A DNA stretch of 64,000 bases from Pyxidicoccus caerfyrddinensis (GTDB lineage Bacteria; Myxococcota; Myxococcia; Myxococcales; Myxococcaceae). Under the pieces are notes generated by a model. The model had not been told where the DNA came from, made no database searches, and saw nothing but the letters and a program-made list of their open reading frames with translations. The stretch covers positions 111,494-175,493 of the forward strand of contig NZ_JAAIYA010000026.1 in assembly GCF_010894405.1 (NCBI RefSeq), in the 5' to 3' direction. The position numbers and the translations under genes are program-made. Below are positions 57,446 through 64,000 of the stretch, piece after piece (position 1 is the first letter of the stretch; every line of letters starts with the position of its first letter).

Positions 57446-58122
57446 GGCCCCTCTTTGGCGAAGACGTAGCCCACGCCGCGCACCGTCTTGATGAGACGCG
57501 TCCCGACGTCGCCCAGCTTCTGCCGCAGATGCGAGATGTGCACGTCCACCGTGCGCTCGCCCACCACCGTGTCACTGCGCCCGGCCTCGCCCAGCAGCGC
57601 GTCGCGAGGAATGACCCGCCCGGCCCGGCGCACCAGCGCCACCAGCAGGTCGAACTCCAGGCCCGTCAGGTCCACCAGCCGGTCCTCCACGCGCACCTCG
57701 CGGCCGGCCACGTCGATGGACACGCCGCCCGCCTCCAGCCGGTCCGCCACCGCCGACGGCTGCGAGCGGCGCAGCACCGCGCGCAGGCGGGCCAGCAGCT
57801 CGCGGGGGCTGAATGGCTTGGGCAGGTAGTCGTCCGCGCCCAGCTCCAGCCCCACCACCCGGTCCGTCTCGTCGCCCTTCGCGGTGAGCATGACGACCGG
57901 GATGCGGCTCTTGGCGCGGATGCGCTTGCACACCTCCAGACCGTCCATGCCCGGCATCATCACGTCCAGCAGCACCGCGTCGTAGGCCCCGGCCTCCAGC
58001 GCCGCCAGGCCGCGCCCACCGTCGGGCGCGTGGGTGACGCTGAGGCCGTTCTGCCCGAGGTACTGCGCGAGCAGCTCGTACAGCCGGGTGTCGTCGTCGA
58101 TGAGCAGGACTCGCGTGGACAT
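57442..58122 (-). CDS. OmpR-family response regulator (CpxR-like)
   Basis: MSTRVLLIDDDTRLYELLAQYL...DAVLLDVMMPGMDGLEV...MLTAKG (receiver domain). A winged-helix domain follows (LTGLEFDLLVALV...IKTVRGVGYVF). Confidence 0.92.
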   Translation of the reverse strand: MSTRVLLIDDDTRLYELLAQYLGQNGLSVTHAPDGGRGLAALEAGAYDAVLLDVMMPGMDGLEVCKRIRAKSRIPVVMLTAKGDETDRVVGLELGADDYLPKPFSPRELLARLRAVLRRSQPSAVADRLEAGGVSIDVAGREVRVEDRLVDLTGLEFDLLVALVRRAGRVIPRDALLGEAGRSDTVVGERTVDVHISHLRQKLGDVGTRLIKTVRGVGYVFAKEGP

Positions 58123-58137
58123 GTACGGCCTCTGACT

Positions 58138-58401
58138 CTAGCGCGCTCCCTCGCCAGGCGCGGGGGGCTCGGAGGGACTGGGGGCTGCGACGGACGGGGC
58201 CGAGGCCCCCCTGGGCGCGCGAGACTCCCACGACTCGCTCGGGCCCCGCGAGCCCCAGCGGCGCTCCCACCGGTCCTCCCCGCGCTCTCCCCACGCGCTG
58301 GAGTGGCAGGAGTGACGGTGGTGGGCAAGGCGGGCGAAGCCGGAGGCATAGCCTCCGACGGTGCCCATGGCGAGCAGGACTATCAGCAGGCGGCGGCGCA
58401 T
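58138..58401 (-). CDS. Small His/Trp/Arg-rich exported protein
   Basis: MRRRLLIVLLAMGTVGGYASGFARLAHHRHSCHSSAW... with high G/C at third positions. It ends 15 nt upstream of the response regulator gene. Existence is moderately supported only. Confidence 0.45.
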   Translation of the reverse strand: MRRRLLIVLLAMGTVGGYASGFARLAHHRHSCHSSAWGERGEDRWERRWGSRGPSESWESRAPRGASAPSVAAPSPSEPPAPGEGAR

Positions 58402-58449
58402 GGTGCGTTCTCCTTTGCGTTGATGAAGACGGCTGTCATGGGGAGCGGG

Positions 58450-58959
58450 TCAGACCATCTGCTCGCCGTGCCCCCGCCAGCCGCCGCGCCCACCGCACCG
58501 GCCATGGCCGCCGTAGCCGCCTCGCCAGCCGTAGCCGAAGCCGTGCTCGATGAGGTCCGCCAGCTCGCGGCGCTGGCGCGGGTCCAGGGCCTCGTGCACC
58601 TGAGACAGCCCGCCCTGCACCGTGCGGCGCAGGTTGTCGAGCGCCACGTCATGGCGCGCGAACAGCTCGCGCAGCGCGTCCCCGTCGAAGTGCTCGCCCC
58701 GCAGCGCGGTGCCGAGGGCGGTGCGGCTCGGGCCCACCTCGTCGCGCACCTTGGCGAAGGCCTCCGTTACTTCTTCCACCGTCTTGACGATGACCTTCTC
58801 CTGGCCGGGAGACGTCTCCAGGCGCTCGAACAGCCAGCGCAGCCGGGCGCGGCCCCAGCGCCCTCCGCCGCGGTGATGGGAGTGATGCCAGTGGCGCCCG
58901 CCGCGCAGCGTGAAGATGAGCCCCGCGAGGCACGCGGTACCGAAGAGAAATCCGAACAT
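58450..58959 (-). CDS. Spy/CpxP/ZraP-like periplasmic stress or metal-sensor protein (His/Gly-rich ends)
   Basis: N-terminal anchor MFGFLFGTACLAGLIFTL, then HWHHSHHRGGG. Helical core with LTxxQ-like motifs (LETSPGQEKVI, LDPRQRRELADLI). The C-terminal tail is GYGWRGGYGGHGRCGGRGGWRGHG. Confidence 0.55.
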   Translation of the reverse strand: MFGFLFGTACLAGLIFTLRGGRHWHHSHHRGGGRWGRARLRWLFERLETSPGQEKVIVKTVEEVTEAFAKVRDEVGPSRTALGTALRGEHFDGDALRELFARHDVALDNLRRTVQGGLSQVHEALDPRQRRELADLIEHGFGYGWRGGYGGHGRCGGRGGWRGHGEQMV

Positions 58960-59298
58960 GGTGCTGTGCTCCCCAGAAGTGCCGTGCCCGGGAAGGGCCG
59001 GCGTTGTTGACGGGGAGAAAGGTAGAAGGCGGGTGTGAAGCGCGCGCCCGAGCCCCGTGAAGAAGTGTGAAGGGGTCCTCCGGACTCGGAATGGAGCGGA
59101 GAGCCCGGTCGGTTTTCCCTAGCGAGCGACGCTCCTTCCTGGGAGTGTCCGCCGTCCGACGCCTGCTCGCCTAGCGGGGAGGGGGACGGTGGACATTCAC
59201 CCGCAGGGTGGATTGTCGTATCGGTGTTGGGGCGATGTCCGCTCCGCACGGGCAGCCCGGAAGTCCGGACCGCCGCAAAGCAGAAAGAAGAAGGTCAC

Positions 59299-59502
59299 AT
59301 GGCAATCGGTACTGTGAAGTGGTTCAACGACGCCAAGGGGTTCGGCTTCATCGCGCAGGACAACGGTGAGGACGTTTTCTGCCACCACTCGGCCATCAAC
59401 ATGGATGGCTTCCGCACCCTCCAGGAGGGGCAGAAGGTGGAGTTCGAGGTGACCCGCGGTCCCAAGGGACTGCAGGCCCAGAACGTCCGCGCGGCTGGCT
59501 AG
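59299..59502 (+). CDS. cspA: Cold-shock protein (CspA family)
   Basis: [33 protein letters not shown] carries the RNP-1 (KGFGFI) and RNP-2 (VFCHH) motifs. It is 67 aa and starts at an internal ATG of track ORF 59224..59502. Confidence 0.93.
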   Translation: MAIGTVKWFNDAKGFGFIAQDNGEDVFCHHSAINMDGFRTLQEGQKVEFEVTRGPKGLQAQNVRAAG

Positions 59503-59538
59503 CAGCCAGGCACCGCGGCCACCCATGGGTGGTTTCGA

Positions 59539-59578
59539 GGCCCGGTCTCCCACAGGGAGGCTGGGCCTTCGTCTTTCC
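59539..59578 (+). terminator. Rho-independent terminator after cspA
   Basis: GGCCCGGTCTCC(C)-loop-GGAGGCTGGGCC (12-13 bp including G:U pairs), followed by TTCGTCTTTCC. Confidence 0.6.
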
Positions 59579-59708
59579 GGCCTCCGGCCTGCCAGCCAGG
59601 CGGCCTCGCGGTGTCCACCCGTCGACCCCGGTCGCCTTCCTTACCTTCACGGCAGGAGCGCGGCGCACCCGCCGCCATTCACCGCCTCGAGGCGAAGGAG
59701 ACGCAGGC

Positions 59709-60080
59709 ATGGGCGACACCAGCGTGAAGAAGGTCGAGAGTCGGCACTCTCCCAAGGGAGAGCTGGGGCAGAAGTACCTGGCCTCCGGCGTCCGCCTGTC
59801 CATGCGGCTGTGGGAGGACGAGCCCCCCGGAGAGCCCGCGCCCGCCACCGCCCGCGACTACGAGACGGTGGGCTTCGTGCTGAAGGGTCGCGCCGAGCTG
59901 CTCCTGGAGGGACAGGTCATCCTGCTCAACCCGGGGGATTCGTGGCTGGTGCCGCGCGGCTCCTCGCACACGTACAAGATCCTGGAGACCTTCTCCGCCG
60001 TGGAGGCCACCAGCCCGCCGGCCGCCGTGCACGGTCGCGACGAGGGCAAGGACGTGCAGAAGAAGCCCGCCAAGGCGTGA
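59709..60080 (+). CDS. Cupin-domain protein
   Basis: ATG 59709 with AAGGAG 8 nt upstream. ETVGFVLKGRAELLLEGQVILLNPGDSWLVPRGSSHTYKILE matches the cupin motif pattern. Confidence 0.75.
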   Translation: MGDTSVKKVESRHSPKGELGQKYLASGVRLSMRLWEDEPPGEPAPATARDYETVGFVLKGRAELLLEGQVILLNPGDSWLVPRGSSHTYKILETFSAVEATSPPAAVHGRDEGKDVQKKPAKA

Positions 60081-60092
60081 GGCCATGCGCGA

Positions 60093-60118
60093 GCGGGCCG
60101 CGGAAGATCGCGGCCCGC
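60093..60118. terminator. Perfect 10-bp GC hairpin between convergent genes (GCGGGCCGCG-GAAGAT-CGCGGCCCGC)
   Basis: Seen directly. There is no U-tract, so it may be a bidirectional or stabilising hairpin. Confidence 0.35.
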
Positions 60119-60155
60119 CGTCACGCCGGGCCTACCCATCCCGAGGGGCGAGACG

Positions 60156-60455
60156 CTAGTGGGCGGTGCCCTTCAGGCAGGAACCCTGGAAGCAGTCGTC
60201 GATGCAGATGTAGCCCGTCCCGAGCGACGCGCAGTCCTCATGCCGGGTGCAGGTGATGGAACACAGCGTGTCGGTCTCGACGCAGGAGAGGCCATCGTTG
60301 GTGATCTGGTGCCCGCCATTGGAGATGCACCTGGTGCTGCCGGCGCACTCGAAGTCCTCGGAGCAGCTTTCGCCGATGTCGGCCTTGCCGGTGCCGTCCT
60401 TGCCGCAGGAGGTGAGGAGCAGGACCGCGGTCGCCACGAAAAAAAGTCTATGCAT
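60156..60455 (-). CDS. Small Cys-rich lipoprotein
   Basis: Internal ATG 60455 gives MHRLFFVATAVLLLTSC/GKDG (lipobox). There are ten further Cys residues in 80 aa (CSEDFECAGSTRCISNGG...CVETDTLCSITCTRHEDCASLGTGYICIDDCFQGSC). Confidence 0.6.
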   Translation of the reverse strand: MHRLFFVATAVLLLTSCGKDGTGKADIGESCSEDFECAGSTRCISNGGHQITNDGLSCVETDTLCSITCTRHEDCASLGTGYICIDDCFQGSCLKGTAH

Positions 60456-60659
60456 CGCGAGAGCCTGATTGCCGACCGCGACATGCACAAGAAACCGGTT
60501 GTGCTCCAGATCGTGACCCGGGCTGGCGCATCCCTGACCCCGCCCCCCCGTCCGCCATGCTTCTTGTTCATACAAGCCAGAGGTGACAGGCCTTCCGGGC
60601 GACAGTGAGCCTCCGCATCTTCAGCTGCGAACCGAATGCAGACGGACGGCTGCGCCGGG

Positions 60660-61973
60660 TCATTCGCGCGGATACACGCGCGGAGCGGATTCGTCGCGCC
60701 ACAGCATCTCGAGCGTCTTGCCGGTGAGCCTGACCCGTAGCACCTCATAGCCCTCGACAGCGAAGACGTCCTCCGTCAGTGGCGAAAGGCGCGCGACCGG
60801 GCGATTGGGAAAGGCGAACCACAGCGCCCCGTCGCGATACACGACTTCGATCGGAGGGGCTCCCGCACCACTCCTCAGAAAGCGTCCCGCCAGCGGCGGC
60901 AGCTTCACGGGAGCCAGGCTGACGGGATGCATGCGCGCCTCGACGGCGACGTTCGCCCAGCGATAGTCGCCAAGCTGCTCGGGCGTCGCGCCGGGGGCCC
61001 GAGAGAGCCTGCTCAGCGCGCGCACCTGTGCCGCGTCCAGAGCCTGTGAGGAGGGAGTTTCCACGTCCGGCGCGACCCCGGCGCCCTCCCAGTTCGTATT
61101 GCTCACCGCATGCACGGGACGGCCATAGGAAACGCTGAGGATGAAGTTGGGCGCGATGGGAATCAGCTTGTTGTTGTTGGCCGCGCCCACGGTCTTGGTG
61201 CCGACCAGCTCGCCCAGCTTGAATTGCTGCACATCGTAGGCGAACGCTTCGGCAGCCGATGCTGTTTGCCCGTCGAGCAGCACATAGAGCGGCTTGCCCT
61301 GCAGTCGCCCGGCAGGGAGGTGTTCAAGGATTCGCGATTGCGAAGGCGTTTCCGAACCTTGCAGGAAGGTCAGTTCCAGTGTGTCGGGAGCCATGAAATG
61401 GCTGACCAGATAGCGGACTGCACCGTGCGAGCCGCCGCCGTTGTTGCGAAGGTCGATGATGATGGCATCGCCGTCCTTCAGGAATCGCATTGCGTCGTCG
61501 TAAGCGGTGCCGGTCTCGTCGTTGACCCACTGGAACCCGGTGATCTTCAGATAGCGGATGTTGCCCGGCAGTATCTTCATCTCCGTCAGGCCGTGATGTT
61601 CGCGGATGGCCTGGTGGCGGAAAAAGGCGTCTTCGCCCGCGGCGCTGTCCGGCGCGGCCAGCGCCGCGACGTAGGCCGCCGGATTGACCCGCAGCGAAAG
61701 ATGCCTGTCGTTGCTGACGCCACGAAGGTCCTCGGTGATCCGGTCGGCAAAGACGATGGGGTCGTCCACCTCGTAGCGTCCAGACTTTTGCAGCTGCTTC
61801 AACCGTTCGATGATCTTCGGCCGCATCTCTGGGAAGACGTAGCGCTCCTCGAACTCCGTCGAGATGGCCTGAAGCGCCGTGCCGCGCTCTTTCGGCGACA
61901 GGCGCTGTTGCGCCAGTGCGGTCGTGCAGACACAGCTCAACGCAATCAACGACGCAATCGCATGCGGTTTCAT
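60660..61973 (-). CDS. S41-family peptidase (IRBP/tricorn-core-like)
   Basis: Signal peptide MKPHAIASLIALSCVCTTALAQ. S41 strings: AIIIDLRNNGGGSHGAV, LYVLLDGQTASAAEAFAYDVQ, VGTKTVGAANN. It is visibly less GC-rich than its neighbours. Confidence 0.85.
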   Translation of the reverse strand: MKPHAIASLIALSCVCTTALAQQRLSPKERGTALQAISTEFEERYVFPEMRPKIIERLKQLQKSGRYEVDDPIVFADRITEDLRGVSNDRHLSLRVNPAAYVAALAAPDSAAGEDAFFRHQAIREHHGLTEMKILPGNIRYLKITGFQWVNDETGTAYDDAMRFLKDGDAIIIDLRNNGGGSHGAVRYLVSHFMAPDTLELTFLQGSETPSQSRILEHLPAGRLQGKPLYVLLDGQTASAAEAFAYDVQQFKLGELVGTKTVGAANNNKLIPIAPNFILSVSYGRPVHAVSNTNWEGAGVAPDVETPSSQALDAAQVRALSRLSRAPGATPEQLGDYRWANVAVEARMHPVSLAPVKLPPLAGRFLRSGAGAPPIEVVYRDGALWFAFPNRPVARLSPLTEDVFAVEGYEVLRVRLTGKTLEMLWRDESAPRVYPRE

Positions 61974-62059
61974 TGCTGGGGCCTCTTCCAGGAGGGTTTC
62001 GATGGTCCTGTCGACGGCATCGACAGGTCCCCATCGACTGCCTGCGCGCCAGGGGGGCG

Positions 62060-62089
62060 TTGCCTGGGAGCGTCACGGGCGAATATATA
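62060..62089 (+). promoter_or_regulatory. Candidate sigma-70 promoter in the AT-rich patch upstream of lepB
   Basis: TTGCCT, 18-nt spacer, TATATA. It sits inside the near-palindrome ATATAAGCGCTGTTATAT. Confidence 0.3.
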
Positions 62090-62415
62090 AGCGCTGTTAT
62101 ATGTGCGCAAGAGGTCGCTGGACTCGCGTTCGTCAGGGATGAAATCCGCGTGGTGGTGCTCGCGCCGGACTCCGGTCGCCGCCCGATTCGCCGGCCGAGG
62201 GGACCCGGCGGGGTTGCTTGGAATCACGAGGAGTGGAGGCTCGAGCCGCCATGACCAACAGGCCCAGGCTCCTGACGCGCCACTCGCGGGAGGGGGGCCT
62301 GGACATGCCCAGCACCCACGAAGCGCGTTTGGCGACACCGGCGTGCCCGCCGCGCTCGGGAAGAGACGGGAGCAGGTGCGGGTTGGGGCCGTCACCTCGA
62401 GCACCGGAGGCCCCC

Positions 62416-63087
62416 ATGGCCGAGCGCCTGCCCCGCCCCGCACCCCGCTGGAAGCGTCACCTGCCCGACCTCGCCGTGCTGCTCTTCCTGTTGGTGGGGC
62501 GCGCCAGTTTCGCGGACCACTATCACGTGCCCTCCGGCTCCATGGAGCCGACGCTGGCGGTGAAGGACCACATCCTCGTGGACAAGCGCGCCTATGGCCT
62601 GCGCGTACCGCTCACCGAGACCTGGCTCACCGAGCGCGAGCCCACCCGCGGCGACGTGGTGGTGTTCGCCCACCCACTCACAGGGACGACGATGGTGAAG
62701 CGCCTCATCGGACTGCCCGGCGACACCGTGGCTCTGGTGCAGGGGCGGCTCTGGCTCAACGGCGCCCCGGTGGAGCAGACGCTCGCGCAGGGCGTGCGTC
62801 GCGAGGCGCTGCCCGGCGCCCCCCACCCGCTCGCCCCCGAGGAGGACCAGGGGCCGGACTTCGGCCCGCTGCAGGTGCCCGCGGGCGAGTACCTGATGCT
62901 GGGCGACCACCGGGGCAACTCCGCCGACAGCCGCTTCTGGGGCCTGGTCCCCCGCGCCAGGCTGCTCGGGCGCGCGGTGTCCGTGGTGTACAGCGCGCGC
63001 GACGGGCTCTCCGGCACCGAGCGCCTGTGGCTGCCGCTCACCCCGGGCAGCGAGGACTCCCGGCTGCTGGAGCCGCGGCGGGACTGA
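62416..63087 (+). CDS. lepB: Signal peptidase I
   Basis: GGAGG lies 5 nt before ATG 62416. MAERLPRPAPRWKRHLPDLAVLLFLLV (TM segment), VPSGSMEPTL (catalytic Ser box), VKRLIGLPGD (Lys box), GDHRGNSADSRFWG. The in-frame upstream ATG at 62251 has good codon bias and remains a possible start. Confidence 0.88.
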   Translation: MAERLPRPAPRWKRHLPDLAVLLFLLVGRASFADHYHVPSGSMEPTLAVKDHILVDKRAYGLRVPLTETWLTEREPTRGDVVVFAHPLTGTTMVKRLIGLPGDTVALVQGRLWLNGAPVEQTLAQGVRREALPGAPHPLAPEEDQGPDFGPLQVPAGEYLMLGDHRGNSADSRFWGLVPRARLLGRAVSVVYSARDGLSGTERLWLPLTPGSEDSRLLEPRRD

Positions 63088-63089
63088 GG

Positions 63090-63308
63090 CCGCTCGGGCC
63101 TGGACGCGCTGGCATCCAGCCCAAGGCCGCCCCGCCGGTGCCGCCGCGCGCGAGCAGGGTAGCTGCGGCCCTTGATGCCCACCAGCACCTGGCCGCTGGG
63201 GCACAGGTCCGCGAAGTAGGTGCCACCCGTGCCGCCCAGGGGGCCGAAGTCATGGGCGGTGCCGAGTGAGCCATTGCGTGTGGGTGACCGCCGACGCAAC
63301 GGACGCAC
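63090..63308 (-). pseudogene. Possible remnant of a Gly-rich beta-prism/lectin-like gene
   Basis: The first ~45 codons of track ORF 62592..63308 read GSLGTAHDFGPLGGTGGTYFADLCPSGQVLVGIKGRS, which is protein-like. The frame then degenerates into Arg-rich antisense of lepB. No credible full-length gene is present. Confidence 0.25.
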
Positions 63309-63764
63309 CAGTCCGAGCCGTCATCGAAAACCTGATCGGCTCCTTCGCGGGCGAGGAGTGAAACCGTGAGTCGTGAGAGGATTCAATGATCAAACGTCAT
63401 CCACGAGCAGCGGCTCGCCAGATTTGGAATAATCAAAAATATACGTCGTGTATGTGAAAACACCCGGAAGGACTTTTCCGCTCCATTGGCAGACGTCTCA
63501 CACCAGACCTCGAGAACAAACTGCGGGTCGAGCAGCGCCTCGCCGGAATGCGCTTCCAGCAGGCCGACCCCATGTGTGAGATCTCCCCTCATGGGTGCAC
63601 GATTTCGCTCTTGCTTCAGCATTTCCGCGCCTGTCACAGCCCGTGTCTCCCGGGGGCAGGCGATTCACGGCCCGTACGACAGCTTCCCCGCCGAACGGCC
63701 TTTCACGTTTCAGCAGTCATTTCGATGTATTCTTGTTTGATTCCTGAAGTCTAGTGTTGCGGGC

Positions 63765-64000
63765 ATGCGTACCCCCACCTCGATCAGCGGCCAGCTCGAG
63801 CTGCATGCCGCCGCGCAGCCCCATCGGCTCGCCTACCGCTACCTGACGACTGGTGACGCGGATGGGCCGGTGGAGACGCTGACGTGGGCGGAGCTGGACC
63901 GCCGGGTGCGCGCCGTGGCGGCGGCCCTGCAACGCGCCGGTGCCGAGGGGCAGCGGGCGCTGCTCCTGTACCCGCCGGGGCTCGACTTCGTCGTGGCGTT
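63765..64000 (+). CDS. Fatty-acyl-AMP ligase / adenylation enzyme N-terminus (partial, runs off the right edge)
   Basis: MRTPTSISGQLELHAAAQPHRLAYRYLTTGDADGPVETLTWAELDRRVRAVAAALQRAGAEGQRALLLYPPGLDFVVA is the typical FAAL/PKS-NRPS loading-module start. Confidence 0.8.
   Translation, partial: MRTPTSISGQLELHAAAQPHRLAYRYLTTGDADGPVETLTWAELDRRVRAVAAALQRAGAEGQRALLLYPPGLDFVVA

Noticed and set aside
55952-59010. Plus-strand ORFs 55952..57469 (505 aa) and 56959..59010 (683 aa)
   Set aside because: They are antisense to the histidine kinase, response regulator and CpxP-like operon.
62251-62415. N-terminal extension of lepB from the in-frame ATG at 62251
   Set aside because: Third-position G/C bias in the first ~22 codons is suggestive. 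However, ATG 62416 has a strong GGAGG at ideal spacing and yields a typical signal-peptidase N-terminus. It is kept as an alternative, not called.
63383-63637. 84-aa minus-strand ORF in the AT-rich region
   Set aside because: It has mixed codon bias, no RBS that I could see and no recognisable motif. It could be a small foreign gene, but support is insufficient.

Overview
Very GC-rich chromosomal segment with a strong G/C bias at third codon positions. It looks myxobacterial: a MYXO-CTERM sorting tag, a sigma-54 enhancer-binding protein, many lipobox lipoproteins, and a fatty-acyl-AMP-ligase gene opening a biosynthetic locus at the right edge. I call about 45 protein genes, one tRNA-Ala(CGC), several hairpin terminators and a few candidate promoters. 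No CRISPR array, IS element, integrase or rRNA was seen. Recognisable content, left to right: two divergent glycosyltransferases; a lipoprotein; several envelope or peptidoglycan-type proteins; NADAR; a sigma-54 activator next to a flotillin-like SPFH gene. Then a class V aminotransferase; a gmd-rmd-methyltransferase-GT2 deoxyhexose operon; a MYXO-CTERM phytase; a 5'-nucleotidase lipoprotein; and a DUF2760 plus two atypical Hsp70 operon. Then tRNA-Ala; a TPR membrane protein; ctaB, an ABC-2 exporter, a cupredoxin-like lipoprotein and a lipase-maturation-factor homologue; a His-rich Cpx-like two-component module; cspA; a cupin; an S41 peptidase; and lepB. The stand-out is a tightly packed 20.7-kb three-gene minus-strand operon (23911 to 3179) encoding proteins of 757, 3472 and 2667 aa. 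I cannot place these in any family I know. They show no signal peptide, TM segment, NTPase motif, metalloprotease motif or RHS/YD repeats. They do carry an L,D-transpeptidase-like His/Cys motif, internal tandem repeats, FN3-like modules and a long amphipathic beta-strand region. The operon sits beside other putative cell-wall-acting genes. Many long antisense shadow ORFs in the track were rejected. All functional calls rest on motif recognition by eye, since no searches could be run.
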